Source of the DNA: a virus | Taxonomy: Duplodnaviria > Caudoviricetes | Virus record (IMG/VR): IMGVR_UViG_3300024346_000006 | Direction: 5' to 3' (one strand) | DNA: 64,000 nt | Notes under the pieces: generated by a model | Told to the model about the DNA's origin: nothing | Database searches by the model: none | The model's input: only the letters and a program-made list of their open reading frames with translations | Part shown: positions 58,106 to 64,000 of the stretch, in pieces | Position numbering within the stretch: position 1 is the stretch's first letter | Layout: each line of letters starts with the position of its first letter | Made by a program: the position numbers and the translations under genes

Positions 58106-59932
58106 TTAGATTTCGATACTTGCCGTCACATTTGTAAACCCAGCACCAGTGATAATTGTATCTACCTGTAGTTCGCCAGTTGTAAGTGTTGTTACAGTTT
58201 TTGTAGTTGTACTATCACTGAAAGTCATCGAACTACCTTCAATAACTAGTTTAACACTTGTTGCAATTCTTGCACCAGAGGCGTTAATTGCACTCACATT
58301 CACATATGTGCTAATGTTTGAACCAGCATATGAGTATGATGTATTTTCTGGGGTAATAGAAACTGTAACTGGCAATGTTGGAGTTAACAAATGAAGTTCT
58401 GGATAATTTGAACCAACTTCTCCGTCTTCTTGACAATACCAAATTCTATCTAATGAATCTCTACCACAAGCAGTAACAATTGAATCTACAGTTGCTGTTT
58501 CTCCCCAACCAGTAGAATCATTCCAAACATAAATTTTAAAGTTTGATTTAAACCAAACGCCCATCATAGTTCTTGAATCGTTCAACCAGATCATATTTCT
58601 TGCAACTTGTCCATAATCTAACTTAGAATGATAAGTAAGAGCTTTGGGGTTAGCTGCGTCAACGGAGTAAACAATTGCTGTTTTCTTTGCTGGGTCGGAT
58701 TCGGATGCAGTGTTAATTCTTCCATCCATTGGAAAATATGCAACATATCTTTGGTTATTACTAACCCAAGTCTCTGTATGCAATAAATCACACCTAAAAT
58801 TTGATGAATCGAATGTAGAAGAAATCAAAGCGACATGTGCAGAACTTTTATCTCCAGTGATTGAAATATCAGTTTCAATTGCAAAAGTGTCATCCGCAAG
58901 ATTCCAAGTGACAACCATTGGATGGAAGTCTCCATACGAATCCCAATATCCTTTATAGAATGCTTTCTTACCAGCATCTCTTGGATCAGTAAAGGTTTTA
59001 GAATATGTATGCCAAAATGCGTCGTTATTTAAGTTATATCCACCTTGGTGTGTTCCTGCAGAAGTAGTTTCAACATTTTCAAGATGTGCCATCTGTGTCC
59101 AAGTTGGGTTATAGGACGATCCCAAAGTAGCTTTAACTATCTTTACACTATTACCCAGCGTACCAGCTGATGCGTATGTTCCACACAGAAGTGGTTGTCC
59201 ATCTACTTGTGAAGTACCAAGAACTTGTACACTCCAATTTGACCCAAATCCCGAAGGGTCATACATATTGCCGCTACCATAGCTATTTGGCCAACCAGTC
59301 CCAGCTGCCAACCACTTGTAATTTGGATAGAAATACGTGCTAGACCCATCGAATTGCGCCATTGCATATATGAATCCACCAGATGTCCAAGAAGGGTGCG
59401 CCATAGGATTTTTTAAAGCGTTAAAAGTTGGGTCGGCATCAGGCGATAGTCTTACTTCATCTAAATATTGACTGTCTGAAAGATTTTGTGTATATCCATC
59501 TAGATAAACCGTCTGCGTATGTGGTGCATTCCACATTGCCAATCTTTTGTTTCCATTTCCATCATCATGTTCAGTCCAAGTAGAAAATGAAACTTCCGAC
59601 TCTTCTGTTTCGTCCATCCATCTCCATGCACTATCATTTGGAACATTGTAAGATGTCGCTGAGGTCGTATTCCATTCATTCTGATGAGTGGTCATCTTTC
59701 TTAAAAGTAATTGTGCCTGTGAGGTTTCGGTATTAGCACCTGTGTTGTTCGAACCATGCCAGTTTGTCCACCCAGAACCAATTGACCAATTCATTTTTTT
59801 ATCGAATTGTGGAGTAAGACTTGTTTTATCGTGTCTAACACCAAATATCCACCAACCATCATTGCCCGATCTAGGGTCTTCCATTACAACTGGTTGATCT
59901 GTTTCTCCAGAAAATCTATGTACTTTTGCCAT
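58106..59932 (-). CDS. Probable structural protein (beta-rich, C-terminal Ig-like domain)
   Basis: 608 aa, W/Y/T/S-rich, located in tail cassette. Confidence 0.5.
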   Translation of the reverse strand: MAKVHRFSGETDQPVVMEDPRSGNDGWWIFGVRHDKTSLTPQFDKKMNWSIGSGWTNWHGSNNTGANTETSQAQLLLRKMTTHQNEWNTTSATSYNVPNDSAWRWMDETEESEVSFSTWTEHDDGNGNKRLAMWNAPHTQTVYLDGYTQNLSDSQYLDEVRLSPDADPTFNALKNPMAHPSWTSGGFIYAMAQFDGSSTYFYPNYKWLAAGTGWPNSYGSGNMYDPSGFGSNWSVQVLGTSQVDGQPLLCGTYASAGTLGNSVKIVKATLGSSYNPTWTQMAHLENVETTSAGTHQGGYNLNNDAFWHTYSKTFTDPRDAGKKAFYKGYWDSYGDFHPMVVTWNLADDTFAIETDISITGDKSSAHVALISSTFDSSNFRCDLLHTETWVSNNQRYVAYFPMDGRINTASESDPAKKTAIVYSVDAANPKALTYHSKLDYGQVARNMIWLNDSRTMMGVWFKSNFKIYVWNDSTGWGETATVDSIVTACGRDSLDRIWYCQEDGEVGSNYPELHLLTPTLPVTVSITPENTSYSYAGSNISTYVNVSAINASGARIATSVKLVIEGSSMTFSDSTTTKTVTTLTTGELQVDTIITGAGFTNVTASIEI

Positions 59933-59935
59933 TTC

Positions 59936-60193
59936 TTATGCTCCTTGATGTTGATTGTCTGATTTAAACCACGCAACACCTTCATCTAAATCTGTCCATG
60001 CACTTCTTGAACCATCATTTTCATTTTTCCATGGTTGAGTTAGGATTAATGCCTCGTCTGCGCCGTTAATTACCCATACTTTTAAAGTTCCGTCCTCTAG
60101 AGCGGCTCTATGTGGCGCTGATTCTGTAGATGCTTCCATCTCACTTGTCTCTTCGTTCAAAACATGAACTGCTTTGATTAAATCAAAATTCAT
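59936..60193 (-). CDS. Small hypothetical protein
   Basis: 85 aa with AGGAG SD and TATAAATA upstream (60234-60241). Confidence 0.55.
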   Translation of the reverse strand: MNFDLIKAVHVLNEETSEMEASTESAPHRAALEDGTLKVWVINGADEALILTQPWKNENDGSRSAWTDLDEGVAWFKSDNQHQGA

Positions 60194-60233
60194 TTCTATC
60201 TCCTAGTTTTAATATTTTAATAAATTTTTCTAC

Positions 60234-60241
60234 TATTTATA
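60234..60241 (-). promoter_or_regulatory. T4 late promoter
   Basis: TATAAATA. Confidence 0.7.
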
Positions 60242-60247
60242 AATTGT

Positions 60248-62326
60248 TTATGTTTGTCTATACTTGAATTGAACAACTAAATCTTCACCCTTATTTGTTG
60301 TTCCAATAGATGTTACATCTACTGTTATATAATCTCCTTCCACCATAGAAAACTCTGGTGCAGAAACAATACTTGAAAACTGTCCCGCCAAGATTGAACT
60401 AGATTTTACAGTAGAACCGTTTTTCTTAATTGCAATTGATATATTGGAATCTGCAGACGAAGATACTTTTGTATTAATACCAGTTACTTGTAAGTCAAAT
60501 GGTGCATACCATCTTGCGGTTCCAGTTACTAACTGTAACTCTCCCTGTTGATTGAGGTTAGTAGTAAAGGTAGTTTGTTCTTTTACTTTTGTAAGATTTG
60601 TGACAGTGTTATCATTTACTTTTTCTATAATTTTATCTACTGCAAGTTCTCCAATTCTTTCTTGAATTACTGGAGTTTTTGTGATATAGTCTCCCATATC
60701 TTGTGGAACAAATTCAGATAGAGAAGAATCGTAAACTAAACACGACTGTCCTGCAATTGAAGGTCTTTGTCTAATTTCTACTGGAACAACATGTTCTTCT
60801 TGGTCGTGTTGGAAATATACAATATAATTACCAGAACCATTAGTTTCTACTTCAAGATTCTTGATAGTCAACATGCCTCTCATAGAACTATGGTTTCCAC
60901 ACTGATAATATAATGTATCTGGTGCATCATTTGGAACAGTAAACACTAGAGTTCCACTTTCATTTCTAGAACCTGTCACTCCGTTGGTATATTCATCGAC
61001 ATATTGTCCTTGTGACCAATTTGTTCCATCATCTTGCGTTAAATAAAATGGATGTCCAGAAAGTGATGCATCTAAATTAAATGTGTATGTACCACCTCTA
61101 TAAAGAGGGCCGATATCTGGATTATCTCCCATTGCAATTCCACTGAAAGTATATGCACCAGCAGTTGCAAAGGAAACATCATAAGCTAAGTTTGGTGCAA
61201 CCAATGTTGGTAATGTAATTGTAGAAGGAACACTAATATTTAATCTTTGAACTTCTGTTGCATTGTCTCCATTCACACCTTTGAATGTAATATTTTGAAC
61301 ATTTAAAGTTGATGTTGCCCATGGAACTAGATTATCAGTTCCTGCACCTTCTATCCATTTTAGATATATTTTATGGGTCTGTGTCATTGCACCATGCAGT
61401 TCGTGTGCTGCAAAGTTAAATAAAGTATAGGTGCCGTCTATATAAATTGGAAAACCAGATTGAGATTGATTTGAAATGGTTGACCTTGCATATGGCAATG
61501 CACCAGATTTCCATGACCATAACCAAGGAGTTGTATGTCCTGCAGTTGGCGAATCAACCGCCATTTCTAATACTTCTGGATTTGGTTCCAATCTAACATT
61601 TGTCATTTCTCCTATTTCACTAGGAATGACTTGTCCATCAATTAAAGAACCAGAAGGCAGTTGTAAAACTCCTTCGTTGTTTATAGAAATTTCTACATCA
61701 CCAATATAAAGAGTATTACCACTCAAATATAAATCACGAAATCTATTTGTTAAAGAACCCAGATCATATGCAATATCAGCGTTTGGAATTAGGTGTCCTG
61801 CCAATGTTGTTGCAGCGAGAGTTTTATTCGAAAGAGTCTCTGTACCAGTTTGTGTTACATATCCTGCAAGGTCTGACGCTTCTAATTTATTTGCAAGTGA
61901 TGCGGTGATATTTGTTGCAAAATTTGCATCATCACCAATCGCAGCTGCAAGTTCGTTAAGAGTATCTAAAGTCCCTGGCGCAGTGTCCACCAAACTAGAA
62001 ATCGCACTATTAATATCTGCCTGAGTTGCAAATGAAACTGCAGAACCACCTGATGGTGTTATTTCAAAAACTCCATTATTATCGGAAATAACAAGATCAC
62101 CAATTGTAATAGAGTTTCCACTTAGATATAAATCACGAAATCTTTGTGTGGTCGAACCTAAATCGTATGTCTCGTTTGCATCTGGTATAACATGTCCAGT
62201 AACAACTGGTGGTACGGATGTATAAGATTTTTGCCATGCAGTAGTGCCGGAATTATAAACGTATACAATTCCATTGGAAGTAAAACTATCGCCATTCGAT
62301 GGGCTGTTTGGAAAATTTACTGCCAT
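60248..62326 (-). CDS. Tail fibre-like protein with cupredoxin-like domain
   Basis: MAVNFPNSP start, two GH(V/L)IP...YDLGS...RFRDLYLSGN repeats, DTLNELAAAIGDDANFA fibre motif, GHPF...YQCGNHSSMRG. Confidence 0.75.
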   Translation of the reverse strand: MAVNFPNSPSNGDSFTSNGIVYVYNSGTTAWQKSYTSVPPVVTGHVIPDANETYDLGSTTQRFRDLYLSGNSITIGDLVISDNNGVFEITPSGGSAVSFATQADINSAISSLVDTAPGTLDTLNELAAAIGDDANFATNITASLANKLEASDLAGYVTQTGTETLSNKTLAATTLAGHLIPNADIAYDLGSLTNRFRDLYLSGNTLYIGDVEISINNEGVLQLPSGSLIDGQVIPSEIGEMTNVRLEPNPEVLEMAVDSPTAGHTTPWLWSWKSGALPYARSTISNQSQSGFPIYIDGTYTLFNFAAHELHGAMTQTHKIYLKWIEGAGTDNLVPWATSTLNVQNITFKGVNGDNATEVQRLNISVPSTITLPTLVAPNLAYDVSFATAGAYTFSGIAMGDNPDIGPLYRGGTYTFNLDASLSGHPFYLTQDDGTNWSQGQYVDEYTNGVTGSRNESGTLVFTVPNDAPDTLYYQCGNHSSMRGMLTIKNLEVETNGSGNYIVYFQHDQEEHVVPVEIRQRPSIAGQSCLVYDSSLSEFVPQDMGDYITKTPVIQERIGELAVDKIIEKVNDNTVTNLTKVKEQTTFTTNLNQQGELQLVTGTARWYAPFDLQVTGINTKVSSSADSNISIAIKKNGSTVKSSSILAGQFSSIVSAPEFSMVEGDYITVDVTSIGTTNKGEDLVVQFKYRQT

Positions 62327-62366
62327 TTTATTCCTCTTTTATGGACTATTTATAATCCGTTATTAA
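62316..62366 (-). repeat. Intergenic cassette copy 1 (stop, late promoter, SD, MA(V/I)NFP start)
   Basis: ttcctcttttatgNactatttataatccgttatta also at 63891-63925; TATAAATA at 62347-62354. Confidence 0.85.
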
Positions 62367-62383
62367 TCTTCTGGTGAGTATAA

Positions 62384-63886
62384 TTAACCAAATGCCGTCG
62401 GCTCAGTATAACTTGATGACGTTCCATCTAAGAACAAATGACCTTTGTCGGTATATGTGTTGGTATCATATGTACCATAGAATCCATTAATAGTCACAGA
62501 TACACCTGTTGCTATGTTACTGGTATTCAATTCAGTTGTAACAAAACTAGATGCACTGGACGCCAGGCTATCAGTAAATGTTTTATTTACTTTACTCGGC
62601 GGATCAGGGGGGTGGTTGGCATACCATGCAGCAGTGTTAAATATAGTGCAGCGCTCAAGTTTTACAGTTCCTTCATCCTTATTGTTGTCATACAACCAAG
62701 AAACGTTGCTGCCATATCTGTTCAATGCGACATTGCGTAAAGTAATATAATCGAGTGAGTTACCTAGACCGTGGAATACTGGAACTTGATAGGTTATCGT
62801 GCCACCAAATGTCTGTTGAATCAGAGTAACAAAACCGACATTTATTTGTAATGTCCCATACGTTGCAGGCGCTGCACCGTATTCGTCCCACGAAAAGAAT
62901 GCTTCCCCTCTTGGAGGCGGATTGAGTGGAGAGCCTCCGTTGTAATCAACAAAAATACTGGTATTTTGAGGATCTGCACCTACGACCGAGTAATGACCCC
63001 GAGGGAAAATTGACGCTGAGTATGTAGTCTTCCAAGAAGTTGTAGTGTAATCTCCAGGCAACAAATACAACACATCACCATTACTCAAAGCAGGTAACGG
63101 AGGTGATGCTGGAGATCCGCCATTATAATCACCCAATACATAGGTCAAATCTGTACCACTTACTGCTGGGTCATGAACAATAACTTGTCCACCAGTAGCT
63201 GCTACAATATTATTTGCATAAGCTTGCGAAGCTAATTCCATAGGAGTTCCAAATTTGAAAGAACTTGTAGTACTAACCGCCCCATTCACACCATCAGTTG
63301 CATTAATTGTAAGAGTGAATGTTCCAGTGAATGATCCAGTATCAGCATCATCAGTACTTGGTGTGATTGTAAATACATTATCTGATTGACTCACTGTAGC
63401 ATTAGAGCCCAACCCACTCGTAGAATAACTCCATGTCAGAGGGAATCCTTCTGGGTCTGTAGAAACTGCTGTAATTGTAGTTACTGTACCATCTGAAGCG
63501 AGTGTATAATTTCCATCCACTCCAGTGATTGCTGATGGGGAATCATTCTGCACAGTTGCTATTTTGTACCAACCAGAACCGGCATACACATAGATGTTGT
63601 TATTTGATTGTACAAACGCCTGAGCTCCGTCAGTTCCTGTTTTTGCAATCAGTGCAGCCATATCTGCAAGAACATCTACGCCGGCAGCCGCTGCAATTCT
63701 TGCATCAACTCTAGCATCTGTATAGTAAAGATTTGTTCCTTCGGAAAGATCAGTTGTGGATTTTGTTGCAAGTGAAGAAACTTCGGAACTTTCCCAATAT
63801 CCTTTTGTGGCATTGTAAACATATGTTACATTACCTTCAGTTACTTCTTGTGCATTAGATGGATTGTCTGGAAAATTAATTGCCAT
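62384..63886 (-). CDS. Tail fibre/adhesin-like structural protein (shared Ig-like module plus beta-helix-like C-terminus)
   Basis: MAINFPDNP start; ~130-aa block homologous to the 857-aa protein; VLYLLPGDY beta-helix-like start. Confidence 0.7.
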   Translation of the reverse strand: MAINFPDNPSNAQEVTEGNVTYVYNATKGYWESSEVSSLATKSTTDLSEGTNLYYTDARVDARIAAAAGVDVLADMAALIAKTGTDGAQAFVQSNNNIYVYAGSGWYKIATVQNDSPSAITGVDGNYTLASDGTVTTITAVSTDPEGFPLTWSYSTSGLGSNATVSQSDNVFTITPSTDDADTGSFTGTFTLTINATDGVNGAVSTTSSFKFGTPMELASQAYANNIVAATGGQVIVHDPAVSGTDLTYVLGDYNGGSPASPPLPALSNGDVLYLLPGDYTTTSWKTTYSASIFPRGHYSVVGADPQNTSIFVDYNGGSPLNPPPRGEAFFSWDEYGAAPATYGTLQINVGFVTLIQQTFGGTITYQVPVFHGLGNSLDYITLRNVALNRYGSNVSWLYDNNKDEGTVKLERCTIFNTAAWYANHPPDPPSKVNKTFTDSLASSASSFVTTELNTSNIATGVSVTINGFYGTYDTNTYTDKGHLFLDGTSSSYTEPTAFG

Positions 63887-63926
63887 GTTGTTCCTCTTTT
63901 ATGAACTATTTATAATCCGTTATTAA
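63876..63926 (-). repeat. Intergenic cassette copy 2
   Basis: Near-identical to 62316-62366; TATAAATA at 63907-63914. Confidence 0.85.
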
Positions 63927-64000
63927 CCTTCTAATGAAGATGTTGGTGGTGTGAAGTTTGCGGTATATCGAGCTAAACCGTTAGATATTCTTACATCTTG
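63923..64000 (-). CDS. C-terminal fragment of another LamG-type tail protein (truncated at window edge)
   Basis: QDVRISNGLARYTANFTPPTSSLEG*, paralogous to the end of the 857-aa protein (QDFRITKGLARYTANFTPPTAPLKG). Confidence 0.8.
   Translation of the reverse strand, partial: QDVRISNGLARYTANFTPPTSSLEG

Noticed and set aside
1-64000. Plus-strand ORFs and short nested minus-strand ORFs in the six-frame track
   Set aside because: They lie antisense to, or inside, well-supported genes, lack SD motifs and recognisable domains, and have compositions typical of shadow ORFs.
53589-64000. Diversity-generating retroelement (VR/TR) explanation for tail repeats
   Set aside because: No reverse transcriptase in the window; differences between copies are not adenine-restricted and both copies are coding.
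1-64000. tRNA, CRISPR array or stop-codon reassignment
   Set aside because: Intergenic gaps are short and accounted for by promoters or terminators; no cloverleaf or repeat-spacer pattern was seen; core genes are full length in the standard code.

Overview
A 64-kb, AT-rich segment of a T4-like myovirus genome, probably from an uncultured aquatic phage of a Gram-negative heterotroph (hsp20, MazG, CobS-like/VWA pair, 2OG oxygenase and spanins are present; no photosynthesis genes and no gp24 in this window). All credible genes are on the minus strand. Reading in transcription direction (64 kb to 1): a tail fibre/adhesin cassette region, then gp13-14-15-16-17-18-19-20-67-68-21-22-23, gp3-uvsY-uvsW, gp55-47-46, two DNA methyltransferases, a VWA/CobS-like pair, gp45-44-62-regA, MazG, hsp20, gp43-uvsX-gp41, a 2OG oxygenase, a 13.6-kb late locus (17.2 to 3.5 kb), primase, nrdA and a glutaredoxin-nrdB fusion truncated at the window edge. 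The most striking signal is the late locus. Several of its proteins start with (or contain) a close match to the T4 capsid-targeting sequence MKT(Y/F)xEFxxE. They are built from short modules bounded by [LIVMF]-x-E sites of the kind cut by prohead protease gp21. The cargo includes an RNA-ligase-like protein, a P-loop kinase, a HAD phosphatase, an HxGH nucleotidyltransferase and nuclease-like modules. My inference is a capsid-packaged, protease-processed enzyme payload, possibly for RNA repair or counter-defence. Other notable items are a ROSE-like thermometer upstream of hsp20, an orphan antisense sigma70 promoter, an enlarged tail sheath and a type-1-copper-like motif in a tail fibre. No tRNA, CRISPR array, intron or intein was recognised. 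All family assignments come from motif recognition by eye; no database search was run.
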